In this document: in pieces, positions 13,680 through 28,463 of the stretch
Numbering within the stretch: position 1 is the first letter of the stretch
Layout: the number at the start of each line of letters is the position of its first letter
Source of the DNA: Geosiphon pyriformis uo1
Taxonomy: Eukaryota > Fungi > Glomeromycota
Assembly (NCBI GenBank): GCA_016748015.1
Contig: JAAOMT010000523.1
Location: forward strand, 1,552,358-1,616,357
DNA: 64,000 nucleotides
Direction: 5' to 3'
Notes under the pieces: generated by a model
What the model saw: the letters and a program-made list of their open reading frames with translations, nothing else
The model's database searches: none
What the model was told of the DNA's origin: nothing
Translations under genes and position numbers: made by a program

Positions 13680-15045
13680 ATGCTTTTTAACGTTGTTTTT
13701 GTCTTGTTCTTGTTAAAAAATTTATTACCTGTATCCAAGAAATTTAATGAAGCTGAAAATGTTGACATGATTCGAAAATATTCAATTTTGGAAACAAAAG
13801 AAGATGTTAATTTGACAAAACAGGAGATGCCAAGAATGAAAAGATTTTCTCAACATTTTAATATTGGAAACCAGCAAAATCAAATCTCGGCTCGTTCAAA
13901 AATAAATGTTCCGGTTGCCCCACAATTGAGTATGCACAAGTCTTCAATTAGAAGATATAGTAAATATGCTCAATACGCAAATCATGCTTATTGTTCTAAG
14001 GAGCTTGTAAATTTTTCAAGTTTAGTCTCAGGTAAAAGCTCATAGAATTCAATTCGATTAAATTAATCTTTTTATCAGATCGAAATCCTATTGGACATGA
14101 AAGAATTAGGGATCGTTTTGTCTTTTTTTACATTAAAATTTAGGTCAGATCGAAATGTCTTCTACCGAAGTCCTTATGTACTTCAAAGCACCAGAAATAA
14201 TTGGATCTAAGGAATGGACAATAAACCGTCAAAATACATTAGAAATTTATCCAGCTGTGATGTTTGGACCATTGAAAAATAAAATTAAAGTAGATTCAAG
14301 CTTCTATAAAATTTATTTGGAAGCAGCAGGTAACATAAGAAATTATTTCGAAAAAACATTTAGAAAACTGCCATCTTCTCAAAGATTTAGATTTACTGGA
14401 CATCGACTAGGTGGTGGTATGGAAACTTTATTTCACACTTAAAAAAGTTTTATAGATATTTCTCTCTCAATTTAAAAAATAACTATTTTTATTTTACTAG
14501 TAATAGCAATCTTTGCAGCCCTTGAAATTCAGAGGGGATATTTATCTAGAATAATTGCTGTTTATACTTTTGGTTCACCGCGTTTTGGTAATCGCGAATT
14601 TTCTCAGTATGTTCAGACCTTAAAACATCTTAATGTATATCGGTTTACTCTTCTCGACGATCAAGTTCCACGTTTTCCACGCTTAAAACATTCTTATCAG
14701 CAAGTTGAGACAGAATATTGGATCAAATCAAATTGTGATTGCCCTTTAAAACAATTTCCCTATGAGATCTATGAATGTAAGGGTCATCTTAATGAAGAAA
14801 GTCCGGTAAGTCAATTTTTGGAATTAATTTGAACTTATTCCTAATTTCTCGAGAACTCAATTAAAAATTAATGATTTTTTCAGTATTGTCTAAATTCACA
14901 AATAGATCATATTGACCCGAATTTTACGCACGATGGACCCTATATAAACGTTATCTTTAAAGATTGCACAGAACATAAGTTGCCAGAAGTAGAATTAAAT
15001 CAGTGTGAAATTCGTCATATAAATCCAAAAATGGATTGTCTTTGA
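13680..15045 (+). CDS. Class-3 lipase-fold protein L2, catalytic Ser absent; 4 exons (13680-14031, 14144-14416, 14501-14805, 14884-15045)
   Basis: KYAQYANHAYC, FTGHRLGGV, YTFGSPRFGN, DDQVPRFP, EYWIKSNCDC and THDGPY; in-frame GT-AG splicing. Confidence 0.85.
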
Positions 15046-16317
15046 TGTCAAACCTTTCGTTCTGTTATTAGTAAACAACTTTGATCATTGACAAATAAGG
15101 ACATTTCTTTTGGGGCTTTGTTAAAATATTAAAATTACAAAACATTATTTTAAAAAAGATGAAATTTTTGAGTGACATCAATGATATTAACCGTTGGATT
15201 GAAAGCGACCAAATGAACTTTTTCTAGGTGGAGATTCAGAATGTTTTAAAGCCCATTCACGGTGATTTTATAATATGAAATTCAAGTTTTAATGATTCTT
15301 GAAAAATAATTTGGGTCAAATTTTGAGTTTTTAGCTAAAAGACGGTTTTTCATAAGCAACAATGAATTATTTTCACAACCACTTTTTTCTCGTTGTTTCG
15401 AAAAGAGTTTTTTTTTAGAAATTGTACGTGTACATGAGAATTTCTCGAAAATTCTAAATCAAAATAAAAAATATTTCAAAAAAGAATTGAAATAATGAAG
15501 CAAAAAAATTATTTTAACATTATTAAGCATTAAATAATTTATTAAATAGAAATTAATTTAATTAAAAAATATTTTATGCAATCCAATTTTGAAGAAATGA
15601 AATATTTATCATGATTTATCCCTTTAAGTCCCACGATAAGTGGCTTTTAGGTATGATCCACCAAAAACAGTGTTTTGGTTGCTTTTAAATTAAAAATTGC
15701 AACTTATTATTCAGCTAATTAATTTTCTTCATTTTAAATTGACTAGACAATAAATTGTTTGAGTATTTAAAAAAAGTTCAAAAGTCAAATTTGAAAAAAT
15801 AGCAAAACTTTAATAAGAATTAGTTTGTTATTGTTTTTTAATAAATTCATTATTATTTCTTGAAATTTATTTATTTATTTATTTTATAGCAATGTATTCT
15901 CATCAGAAATTGTCTTTAATAAATTAATTTTAAACAAGGAGAAAATATTTCTTGAAAAAAAAATCAAGTTAATTATTCAGTCTCACGAATAAAAGAAAAA
16001 GTGTTATATTTTATTAAAACCCACAGGTTCCTTAAAAATAATATTATTCTTTTCTTCATCAAAACTAAATAAAGACAAAAAAATTTATAAATTCACAGGG
16101 AATATAAGATCTTTCGAGACTTTTACATCCCTTCAAATGATTTCCAAGGCGCAAACACTTTTATGACGGCTTAATATTGGATCTCTGCTTGTCTTTTATC
16201 CTGTAAAGATTTGAGTAAAGTTTTAGTTTAACTTCAAAGTAATTAAGTATTATTTTGTTCAAATAAAGTTTGATTTCTAACTTTTTTTCAGAGTTCATAT
16301 ATAAATCTATTCTTTTG

Positions 16318-17759
16318 CTATTCCCAAATTTCATTGCACTCCCTAAATCTAATCCCAAAATAAGGACCTCGACTTGAATATCCTTGTTTCAGATTTTGAA
16401 TTTCTTCGAATGAATCAGGGAGCCCATATTTATTAATACAATGCTATTTAAATAATAAATTAATATTTTAAAAATTTTTAAAAAATATTGCTCTTTGAGA
16501 CTTTATTTAAGAGCTTACCTCACTCTCTATGTAGAATTGATTTGCATTCCCATCTATCAAATGATCACACTGCCAAACATCATATTTTTCTAATTCGGGA
16601 CAATCACACTTTAATTCCAACCAGATTTCAGTTTTCGAATGAGTAAATCCAAGATTTTGTGGTGGTAATCTCGGTATGGGGTCATCCATTAAAGTGATTC
16701 GATACATGCCGTTTAATGCTCGATGAACATATCTTGCAAATCTCGCATCCCCAATTCTTGGAGATCCATAGGTGAATAAAAATATCCTTTTTTGTGTAAA
16801 ACTTTTTCGCAATTCCAGGGCTGTTAAAATTGCAAAGACTGCAAATAATATTAATGTATTAATCAAAAATTTTAAGCAAAGGGATTTAATTTCGAGAAAA
16901 AGAGTATACCAACCTCCAGCCATGTTGTAACCTGTAATTTGTAAAACTTTATTCCCAGCAAAAACATTAAACAAGATATTTGTCAAATATTCAATAATTT
17001 TTTTGGATGCACTTGAAAATAGTGTCCAAAAAGTTTTATGCAGTGATATTATTTTTTTTTTACTGGAAATGGGATCCTGGTTTTGTGTAGCAGTGAAATT
17101 TGACTTCTTAGAATGTCACCAGTTTAACTGAAAATTTTTGAAAAAGTTCCTTACCATTACGGAATAATCAACAAATGTATTTAAATCGGGAGCTAGTAAA
17201 TCCTGAGATTGGAGAGTTTCCGAAACTCCCAAGTAAAATATAATTTCGTTATCAAAAATTTCTGCTTTTCCTTTTTAAAAAATAATTCAAAATTTTTTTT
17301 TTGATATTTTCTTCAATTAATTCCAGAAATTTATTTTAGCTAAAAAAAATTTGAACTATTACCCCAAACATCATCTGAAAATCGAATTAATCCTTGTTCC
17401 TCGCTAATACAATAAGGCTTATTCGCGTACTTGGCATAATTTTGAAAACCTGATTGGATAACTAAATTTTCTATTTTTATTGGGATATCGCCAGATTGAT
17501 TGTCTGAACGAGGACTAAAAATTGCTTTTTTATTAGTGAAGTTGCCGGCTTTTTGAAATATTATTAATGAAAAAGTTAAATTTGAATTTTGCGGGCTGAT
17601 TACTGAAATATTATTATTTACATTTGAGCTTTTTAAAAAATATAATAATAAAATGGTAGATTTCAAAAATAAAGACGTAAAAACTAAAAAAAAGCTCGAG
17701 ACACAATATTGGCTCATCAATATTTTGTTAATTTTTATCGAAATGTTGAAAATTTGCAT
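16318..17759 (-). CDS. Class-3 lipase-fold protein L3, catalytic Ser absent; 5 exons
   Basis: NYAKYANKPYC, ITGYNMAGV, FTYGSPRIGD, DDPIPRLPP, EIWLELKCDC and SRGPYFG. Exons are about 17759-17363, 17270-17155, 17076-16913, 16838-16519 and 16443-16318. Confidence 0.83.
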
Positions 17760-19336
17760 TTTTTATAATTATTTTAAAGTGTCACAATTTTACGGGTTAA
17801 AATACCTGATACCGGAAGTATTTTTATCAAACATCGGAATACCTAGCTCATGGAAAACAGATACAGTGTATACCAATAATATAAATATTATCATAAATAA
17901 TAAGTAAACCAAGATCTATACAATAAAAAGTATAGATTGTCAATTGAATCGGCGAGATCAGGTCACAATTATCATCACGTTATTAGGATTTTCTGGAATG
18001 GCACTTTTTGCAACGAAATGTAACTATACATTAATAAAAAAACAAAATTTTACAAATACAATGTCGTCTAGTTTGTCAAAATTTCTTAAACTTGAACCGG
18101 TTCAATTTCTTGCCTTCGTGTTTTCAAAGATGACAGAGTTCAATAAAAGCAAGGAAGAACACAGGACGTATAAAAAATGTCTTGAAGTCCCAATCGGCGA
18201 AAACTTGACATGAATTCAAATATAAAACGTAAGTATGAACTGCCAATGTTTTGTTCTTTTCTGCAGAAGCTATATAAAGTGCACATAGAATTTTGCTGTT
18301 GCATTATCTTTAGAAGCACTAGTCATGCACGTGTTTAGCATGGTATTAAATTGAGAGGTCTTGAATAATAGTGGCACTCTCTTTCTGGACGTAAAAACTT
18401 TTTCAAGTCTTAATGTAAGCACTATTTTATAAACTGATAGTACCATTGGTTAAATATTCATTTTTTTATATTATTTTATTGTTTAAGAGATTAGATTAAG
18501 AAATATTGCAGAGGGAAGGCATTTAATTCATTAAAAAAATGTTTATATAAATTAATAAAAGAATTAGAAAACTTTTTAGTAAGTTATATTGTTTATAAAT
18601 TTTACTGTATGCTAATTGGTATATAAATACCTTTTTTAAAAAAATAGTTTGTTTGCTTATTTTTTGGTCAATTCTTATAATTTATCAATATAAAGAAATA
18701 AATTTTATTTTTTGGATGTTTTCACAAAGTGTAGTCCAACAACTATCTACGCACATGTACCAAGAAATATTACATAGTAGATGTAGCTCACGCGCTTTCT
18801 ACGTGTGACCAGCCACCTTTATTATTTTGTGAGTATTTTTTAGAATAAAATAACATTTGAATATTTTTTATAATGAGATATTAATCTAGTTTAATTAATA
18901 TTTTTTGCTTAAAAATATTTTTTCTATAAATTAACTTTGTTTCTAATTGTTTTTATTTCCATATTTTTAAAATTTAAAAAATATACATATTACTAAGTGC
19001 TATAATAATTATAAAGAGAACCTTGTTTTTTTAAGGTTTTGACATAATGTAAATTCGTCGCATTATTAATTTTTTTGTAAAAAAATTAAACATATAAATT
19101 TTATTTTTATTTATTTCGGTGTTTACAAAAGTTTTTAACTTAATGCATTTGAAACCAAAGAAAAGATTACAAAAATGTTGAAATTTTTTTTTAAGCTATT
19201 CAAATTTCAACTTGTAATAGCATGTATTAATTAAAAATATTCAAAATCATGTTTAAAAAAACAAATCATTAGAAATATTTTGTTTTTAAAACTGATTTCA
19301 TAAAAAAATTCCCTTGTCAGGTTAAACAAACTACAA

Positions 19337-20021
19337 CTAAAATCTAAAATCTTGCATCGTAAACCTTGGCTCAAAAATCAATTTATAATCTAAAGGTTTA
19401 CAATCAAAATCATGTCCGCATAATGTATCGATATCAAGGTCTATGGGCTTTCCAGTTATGGGATCTTTTTCTAATCGGAGGGTGAACATTGACATAGTGT
19501 AACTAACAAAAGTAAATAAGTTATGATAGGCTAGGTTCATTCCAGGACAGGATCGACGACCACGCCCAAAGATCTAAAATTTAATATTAAAGTTTTAAAA
19601 ATGATATCAAATAATATTTAGTTAAAAGAATATAAAAACCTACTCAAAAATCATGATGCTCATCTAAACTATTCAGGTGCCCCTTCTCATCTAAAAACCT
19701 TTCCGGATAGAAAACTTCAGGATTCTCATATAACAATGGATTCATATTGATAGAAAAGATATTCAACAGTGATGATAGATTTCGCCGGGATGTGGTATCC
19801 ACGATAGATATCATCTTCCCTACAACAATGAGGTATGAGAATTTGTATTGAGGGCCTGAAATAATTCGAAACTAGAAACATAGGTTATCTCACTAAACGA
19901 TTCCAATACAAAAAATTCCAATTACCAACATGAAACGTAAACTATCTTTTATTGTCGCTTGTAAATAATGTAAATCCTGTTTATGCTCCATCTTATACAA
20001 TTTTCCTTTGCCAACCACTAA
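19337..20021 (-). pseudogene. 5'-truncated cytochrome P450 pseudogene (end of exon 3 to exon 5)
   Basis: Close match to the 3' half of the 57074-59003 copy, and FGRGRRSCPG is retained. ExxR reads DSLR, there is a +1 frameshift near 19765, a TGG>TGA at the end of exon 4, a replaced C-terminus, and no homology beyond ~20021. Confidence 0.88.
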
Positions 20022-21115
20022 GACACAGTATGTATAGTTTCTTTAATTAACGAGTCTGTACCTAAAGACTTAGAAATGGTGCTGCCAGTTTCTTCATTAA
20101 TAATTATATGAAAAGAAATGATGAATTTTGGTGAATATGTTATTTTATATATATATCCAAAAAAGTATTGAAAACCTGCTTAAGAATTAAACTTGTTGAA
20201 AAATTCCAAAGATATACACATTAATTAAATCATGTTCTTTGAAAGCTTTTTTTATCTTTCAGCAATGTCTTGACAAATAATAAAAATAATATTTATATTC
20301 GAATAGTCTTTTACTAATAGCAAAATTTGCATAAGTGTAACAATGATACTGTGTAAAAAAATTCGTCTCAAAAGAACCAATCGAAGTTTATTTAATAAAT
20401 GAATAACCAAATGAATTCATTTAATTTTATGACTACCAATGTTTTTCTTTTAGATTTGAAAGAAGTTACAAAAAGTTATCAACAATCAAATTAAAGATTT
20501 GCAAAGTAAACTTTAAAAAAAGTAATTTTTTAAAATCCCGAAAATAATAAAAGGGAGCTATGATATCGTCATACTCACAATAAATCGAGATTTGAAATTA
20601 TCAAGGTTTCAATGTTAAATAAAAAAGGAAAAAAATAATTTTTTGCTCTTTAAGATTTTGTAACAATCAAAAATCAGGAGCGCATATAAACAGTTACACT
20701 TGAAAAAAAAGAATTTTTAATTTCTCATTTAGCTTTGATGCTGACTTTTGTTTGGCTTCTTGTAGTTAGTTACATACTGTAATTTTTTTAAACTAATACT
20801 CTTCAGTTTTTAAATTCTAATACTGCTTAAAATTAATTTTGTTTTAGGTTTAGAAAGTTCCTTAGTAAAAACTATGCAGAAGCAAAAATGTTATGAAACC
20901 ATTGAATTCGAACTTTGTATACAGTATTAATGAAGAAGAGCTAGTTTTAATTCGTATTCTCAAAATAAAAAACTTGAAAATTTAAAGTTAGAGTTTAACC
21001 AAGTACTCTACATTTTTCGAATTTCAATTCAATTAGTTTATAAAAGAAAATAAAGGCCGTTTTCGGAATGCAAATTTTACTCTTCAAAAATTAAACCCTA
21101 GTAGTAACCCTTAAG

Positions 21116-23073
21116 ATGGCTATTCTTGTTAATACTCTCTTATTACCTGTGCTCTTATTAACTATTTTTTGGTTATGGAATTTCTTTCAAAAAAAAGTTT
21201 TCCAACAAAGACCAAAGGGAACTTTAGAAATCCCAGGCCCAATTCCATTACCTATCATCGGTAATATGCATCAACTTGGTACAATAATGTATCCTAATAT
21301 AACGAAAATGTCAAAAAAATATGGCCCACTATTTAAAGTTAATATTGGAGCACTCACTTGGATTGTAGTTACTGACCGCGAAATTGCCAAAGATCTTCTT
21401 GTTGACAGAGGAACGAATTATTCGAGCAGACCAGTAAGATTAATCAAGATAAATAAATGAATTTAAAATTTAAACATATCATTCAAAATTATATAATTTT
21501 AATATTTTATTTAGGGGTTTGGCCTTTTAACTGAGGTTATTTTGAAAAAGAACAAAAGTGTGGCACATGCACCGGTAAGGATAAACTTATAAAATAATTT
21601 AAACTATCAGCTAAATTTCCAGCTATGAAAAAATAATATCAATAATGCTTGAATAAATTTTCTAAAGAATAATAATTGGTGGAAAACTATGCGTTCAATC
21701 GAAGCTCAAGAACTACGGCAACCCGTTATTGACACGGTCTATTCCGCAATGATTTCAGAAGAAGTAAAAAAATTCCTTTTGGATCAATATTCGAACTCTC
21801 TGGGTTTTATAGCCGTGAATCCAGCACCGGACATTCGAACTGCTTTTACAACAATATTAGCTATAATTGTCTTTGGTCGGACAGCTTTAGATTCAGATAT
21901 TATAAGAAAATATATTCTCCTTATAGATGCATTCTGGAAATTTTCCAATATCAAAGGAAGTCTATTAAATGTTTTTCCGTGGCTTCAATATTTTGGATTA
22001 AGAAAATTCTTAGCAGCAGAAGCTACCAATATTCGTGCTGAAGCTGAAGAAATTAATGAGAAACTTATAAACCGAGTCAAAGAAAGATTACTTGCTCATG
22101 GAGAGGATAGTGAGAACTGTTTGATTGCCAACGTTATAAAATCCGTTACAGTTGATCCTAACTTTATTGCCGACTCAACCACACATCAATTTGAGAAAGA
22201 TCAAGATGGAAAGTATATTTTTGATCGATATGATCTCATGACTGTTTGTATCGACATGATGGTTGGTGGTACTAGAACTACTATTAGCAGTTTAATATGG
22301 CTATATGCCCTTTTAGCAAAATTTCCTAGTGTACAAAAAAAGATTCAAGATGAATTAAATTTGGTAGTTGGCAAAGGAAAATTTTACAACATGGATCATA
22401 AGCAGCATTTACATTATTTACATGCAACTATAAAAGAAAGTTTACGTTTCAGGTTTGTAATTGGAATTTTTTGTATTGCAATCGTTAAATGGATTTTGTT
22501 TAGTAGCATTAGTATATATTTTTAATTTTAAATTATTTTAGGAACTCGCTACGATTCCTCCTACCTCATGGTAGTATTGAAGAAGATATATATCGTGGAT
22601 ACCACATCCCGGCAAAATCTACCATTCTTATTAGCACCTTTTCCATCAATATGGATCCATTGTTATATGAAAATCCTGAGAATTTCTGTCCGGAAAGATT
22701 TTTAGATGAGAAGGGACATTTAAAAAATTCAGACGAGTATCGTGAGAATTGGGTAAGTTTCTAATTCTCTTAGCCGAACGTTGTATTATTTTTTAAGGTC
22801 TAATATTTAAACATTATTAAATTTTAGATCTTTGGGCGTGGTCGTCGATCCTGTCCTGGAATGAACCTAGCCTATCATGAATTATTTACTTTTGCTAGTT
22901 ATACTATGTCAATGTTCACCCTTCAATTAGAAAAAGATCCCATAACTGGAAAGTCTATCGATCTTGATATCAATGCAGTATGCGGAAATGACCTTGATTG
23001 TAAACCTTTAGATTATAAATTGATTTTTAAGCCAAGGGAGGAGGTTGATGTGCTTTCGGCACTGAATTTTTGA
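21116..23073 (+). CDS. Cytochrome P450, 5 exons (21116-21433, 21515-21574, 21668-22452, 22542-22752, 22828-23073)
   Basis: Same exon structure as its paralogs; TM anchor, WKTMR, ESLR, PERF and FGRGRRSCPG. Confidence 0.93.
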
Positions 23074-24522
23074 ATATTTGTTCGAATGCAAAATTTCGAT
23101 TTAAGTTTTTATTTAACGAAAAAGGGATTAATTTTACAAAATATATCATTTTTAATAATCAAATGTTTCTAATTATTTCTTTTTAATAGATATTTATTAT
23201 GGCCTTTTCCTTTGCTTTATTGTATGTTCTTTTCCGTAAACTTGAATTTTGAGTAATTTGATGATTTCACCAACTGACAGAATTTGGACTAAGAACAAAA
23301 ACAAACAAGATTCACAATAGATAAAGTAGAATTAATTGGAAAGATAATTAACTGGAAGAATAGTTAATAATCCTGTTGAAAAAGATGGTTGAAAATCACA
23401 ATTAGTAAAAGATGATTTAGATTATGTTCACTGTATCTTTTAAAAATTTTATATCCTTCTCTGCGTTATATATATATATATATATATATATTACATATTA
23501 CTATTACTTTAACTCGTAGTGTGATCATTTTTTTAAAAAAAAAGACATAATAATAAGTGGTATATATTTCACAAAAAAATATTTTATGTCTAATTTATTT
23601 TTGGAAATGGTTTTGTTTGTGCAGTCTTTATTAATTTTGATGTTTGTACACTTTTTAAATGGTACTTTTTAACAAAAAATGTAAGTAAGATTGGTCAAGA
23701 TTTTATTAAACATATAATTATAATTTACAGAGTTAATAGCATTTTTTTCAAGATGTAAAAATAAAAAGCTCAGTAATCTAATAGCAATTTTTGGGATGTG
23801 ACAAAAAATTATGCATCTTCAAAGTAACTTCACCGGAAGTCAATTTTAATAGTTTTTTAATTTTTTCTTTTGTAATGGCAGACATGATGAATTACAAAAT
23901 AAGAAAAATTGCGTATTCATCTGTGTAAAAATAAAGAATGCAAAGTTTATTGCATGCATTGTGGATCCTTTATCAAAAATGAAGAAATTGTGTCAACAAA
24001 TAAACGAAAATTTAAGCGAATAACTTGTTTAAATGTGTAACTACCTAAAAGTCTATGAAAATTATTTGAACCGGAAAAACTTTAGCCTTGACGAGTATTT
24101 GTTGACTTTTAAAGAATTTCGGCGTTTGAACACATTTTTATTGATGCATGAATAGGCAGACTCTAAAATAATGAGAATTTTGAAGAGTAATAATGTTTAT
24201 ACTAAAAAATAGTGAGATAATTGAAGCTTCTCAAAAGGTAAAAAAAAATATAAAAATGGATAGTTCAACATATCTTTTAAATGAGAGATCGTTGTCTCTT
24301 CCTTTTAAACAATCTATTTCCTTTGAGATATAATTTGGGACGGGAAATTCCATCACCCAAGAGGAGCTAAAAATAGAGATATTCTTTAATCTGGAAAGGG
24401 AAACATTGTATTATCTCAATGCCTTGGTAGAAATCCTTATTTTTGAATTATAGACATAATCACAATATCAAATAGTGTTGATCGTTCCGTACCTCGGTAA
24501 ATCAAGAACTTCCTTTTGGAGA

Positions 24523-25285
24523 ATGTCACGACATCTGGTTCAGATGGGAGATGTCAATGAGAGATGTCGCGTGGCTCTTGCGAAAATTGATAACGCGAAC
24601 ATCGGCTGGTTCCATATTCTTGCTTGTTTAATAGCAGGAATTTGGGATTTTTTACTGATGCATGCAATTAATATTGTTTCAGCCATGATTGGTTATGTAT
24701 ACTTTGCTCATGAAAATAATGTTGATTATTGTTGGAGCCTTGTACTTGCCATCGGAGCAGTTACTGCTATGATTGCTCTTTACTTTCGTCTTACAATCCC
24801 GGAATCACCTCGTTATGTCATGAATGTCGAAAAAAACATTGAACAGGCAACTCATAATGTCGATCAAGTTTTAAATAATTCTTATAATCCCGGAAATACG
24901 AATTATATTTCAGCGGTTGAACAGATTCATGGGTTCAAAGATTTTTGTGACCATTTCAGTAAATGGGAAAATAGTTTCGATATTTTAATTACTGCTAAAC
25001 TACGATTTGATTTGAATCACTCGCAAGTTTTTTCAAAACTTTGGTCCAAATACAACAACATTTATAATACCTGGCGAAGTTTTTCCAACCAGATATCGTT
25101 CCACATGACATGGGATCTCAGCTGCTTCCGGAAAACTGAGTGCAATGGTCACTCAAATTTGGTTTTCACAACTTAAAGATATCTGTGGTTCAAGCTCATT
25201 TGTACCTTATTTATTGCAAATCTTTGCATTGTTCATGTTCATCGAATTACTGGTTACTACCCTAATACCTGAAACCAAGGGAAGA
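24523..25285 (+). pseudogene. PHO84: PHO84/PHT1-type phosphate:H+ symporter pseudogene
   Basis: ALAKIDNANIGWFHILACL, DYCW...YFRLTIPESPRY, (frame-shifted) [21 protein letters not shown] and LIPETKG are family hallmarks. There are large internal deletions and frameshifts. Confidence 0.88.
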
Positions 25286-26276
25286 ATTTTCGTAAATTTC
25301 TATTATTTAAATTATCGATTGTCTTTGGCATGTACTGAGTACATTGTCCAAATTCAGACGAGAAAGAACATTTCCGGCTTTCTAACTCAGTATTCCATTG
25401 AAACTCCAAAAATTTCCAAGTCTTTGATAGGCTCCTAATGTTTAATTATTCGTTTTATTTAATTACTTTACTTATATTAAGAGCGACTGAGATATAAAGA
25501 GAGATTTAGAGATAAAACTATTGATACATGATAATTTTTACGAGAGAGAGAGAGATTAGAAAAGAGATTACATATCATTAATAGTTTTTTTTTAATTTAG
25601 TCTTTAGAGTAGTGAGAAATAACAGAGATAGCGAAATTGAGCTCAGGAGAATTCGAAGAGAGGTAGAAGTAGAGACGAAATCTTTGCTGGCTGAGATTTT
25701 GGAACCAATATATCATAAACAGATTAAAAGACAGCATTAGGCACTGAATGTAATTTGAAAATTCTTTGAGAGAGAGAAATTTTTGAATTATTTTTAGAGT
25801 ACTAGTTGGATTTTGATTTATTTCTTCGTCTTTTTTTCAATTTTTTTCTTTATAAATAATAAATGTTACCAAAAATCAATTATTTTCATTATTATTATTA
25901 TTTTTGCTGTTGTTAAAATGAAATTTATTTTATAAATCTTAACAAACTAGAATAAAGTTCCTATGCTCTTTATCTAAGATTCATATTCATTAAAAATAGA
26001 ATTTTCAGGATTAAAATAGTTCTCGAACCAACCAAAATCTCAATTATAATTTGGATGATAAAAACAAAATGTAAAGAAAGTTAATTTTGAAAGAAAATAT
26101 GATTTGGTGCGTAATGCTTTGAAATTTGATTTTTTTAAAGCATTTAAAAAAAATTTCGAAACAATCGATATTATATTTCCTGAAAATTAGGATTTCATGA
26201 TTTAAAATTATGAAAAAACTTAATTAGGCCTAGCCAAAAAATATGACATTTAATACTATAGATAACAGGTTAAATA

Positions 26277-26318
26277 AATTCTATAATACCAAATACGTGT
26301 ATTTGGTTTTATAGAATT
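26277..26318. repeat. 42-bp near-perfect palindrome
   Basis: aattctataataccaaatac-gt-gtatttggttttatagaatt; 19 of 20 arm positions pair. Confidence 0.85.
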
Positions 26319-27585
26319 AAAATATTTTCCCGGAAAACCTCGCTTCGAGATTTTTCATCAGGTCCATAAAATTGAACAAAAATTGAGCAATTTCTAAAAT
26401 ATTAATTTCAAAATATTCTTTGGTTCCAAATTATTTATTTTATATTTTATCGAAAAAGCAAGGAATTTACGTGATTCTGAAAATGTTTTCCATACATAAA
26501 GCTTAAATATTCTAAGCCATTTCATATAGCTCTTTCAATTCATGATCTTTTTATTTCAATTAGATGTATACATTCAAACCTAACATACATATTCAAATAT
26601 TTTTAGAAGTGAATTGGCAGACCTAAATATCTGGTTATAGACCTTAAAAAATATTTACAGTTTGCAATAAAAGAATAATACCTTAAGAAAGTTTTAAGAA
26701 ATATTCGTTCATTATCTAAGAATTGTAGGGTCAAAAGTTGACAAAGGGTTTTCCCCAAAATTTCTTAAAACTCAAAGAATCATTTGCTGGCACTTATTCA
26801 ATAAGTAATTAAAATTGATTCAAATATTCTGATATCCATCAAAACAGATGGTTGTTTGTTTCATTTTTCTGAAGTTTTCTACAATTTTTGTGATCATTGC
26901 TATACCTCTTTCCTTTGGCCTTTTAACAATGCTACTCCAATTATTGACAATAATTGCAACCATATTTATTGACAATTAAGCGACCATATATATTGCGATA
27001 TAAAATACTTTCCAAATTTTACTCAAATACTAACAGAGATATTCACTATCTTGATCACATGAAGAAATGTTTCATAAAGTATATTTATATTTGGCAGCCC
27101 GGACGCAAATACCCACGTGATTTTGGTCTACCAATTGCTGAAATATTATAAACAGGGTTACACTAATAAAGATCCCGATCCCACATAGGTTACTATTTTA
27201 GGCATAGAATGAGCTTTTGTCTTAAGGCGTCATTATCATTTCGGATATCAAATATATTTTCCTTCATGAAACCAGAATCAAACACTAATACGGGCCCTTC
27301 TTTTAAAAATTTGGTTCACAATTGATTGATTGAATGAATGAATGAATGAATGAATATGTCCATATCTAATTAAAATGTACTATCAAATGCTTAGATTATG
27401 AGTTTAAAGATAATAATGCACTTAGATAAGCTTTAAAATTAAATATTCGAAAAAAAACATAAAATCCCAAGTCTAAAATAAAATTATTGAAAACAGCTAA
27501 AAAAATTTTGAAATTTTATTTTCCAGTGGAATATACATAAAGAAAGATCATTCAGAAAAGAAACAAAAACTAAATAATATCAATA

Positions 27586-27625
<40 letters not shown>

Positions 27626-28463
27626 AAATAAGATCAAAAAACATGTATATACTTATATTTAAATTGCATTAGGATCTATACATAAGCTGGAGAAAAAGAA
27701 AAGCATAAACAAAAAGCCATTTTTATTTCTTATAGCTATAAATACAAGTAATTTAAAATTTTACAAAAATGTTAAGAAATTATCAATATATTAATTTAAG
27801 CTCACGTTACTTTTAATAATATAGACTAGAATTTTAACAAACTAATTCATAATTAGTATTTTTCGAAAATTTTTCTAGTTTAAATTACACATATATTAAA
27901 AAACCTTTGGTTAAAAATACCATCTTAAAATTTGTTGTTTTTCGCTCATTCGGTTCCAATATGTTTGTTTTAAGCTCTCATCTTTATTTAATTATTACCG
28001 TAAATTGATGCTTGATGTATACGAGTATTTTTAAAATCCATTTTCGTACCTCGAGTTACGGACTCTGTATTGATGGGGAGTATATTCCGTGAGTTGTGTC
28101 CAAAAAACTACTAGAATTTTTATTTTTATATCAGGCTATTCCCCCACTATATAGGCTACAACTCTTTGAATTATAATATGTGGAGTACCCGGTCATGAAT
28201 CAAATTTTTAGATCTAGAAATTAATAAAGGATATAAATCATAAGAAGGTCTAGAAGTCAGCAATCTATGGTATTTATTTATTTATTTATTTTTTATTTAC
28301 TTTCATTGATTATAGATTCAAATATTACTTCATGCATATCAACTAATCTTTATCCGACCTTAAGAGAAATTAAAAACATCAAGGATACAAATATATATAG
28401 TATTTAAGTTAACGAAACTTTTGGAAACCCTTTTAAACCGTTTCAATGATTGAAATCTGAGAA

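Noticed and set aside
26330-27310. Minus-strand signal-anchor-like frame (MPKIVTYVGIGIFISVTLFIIFQ) and following fragments
   Set aside because: Possibly a decayed gene, but no family motif was recognisable.
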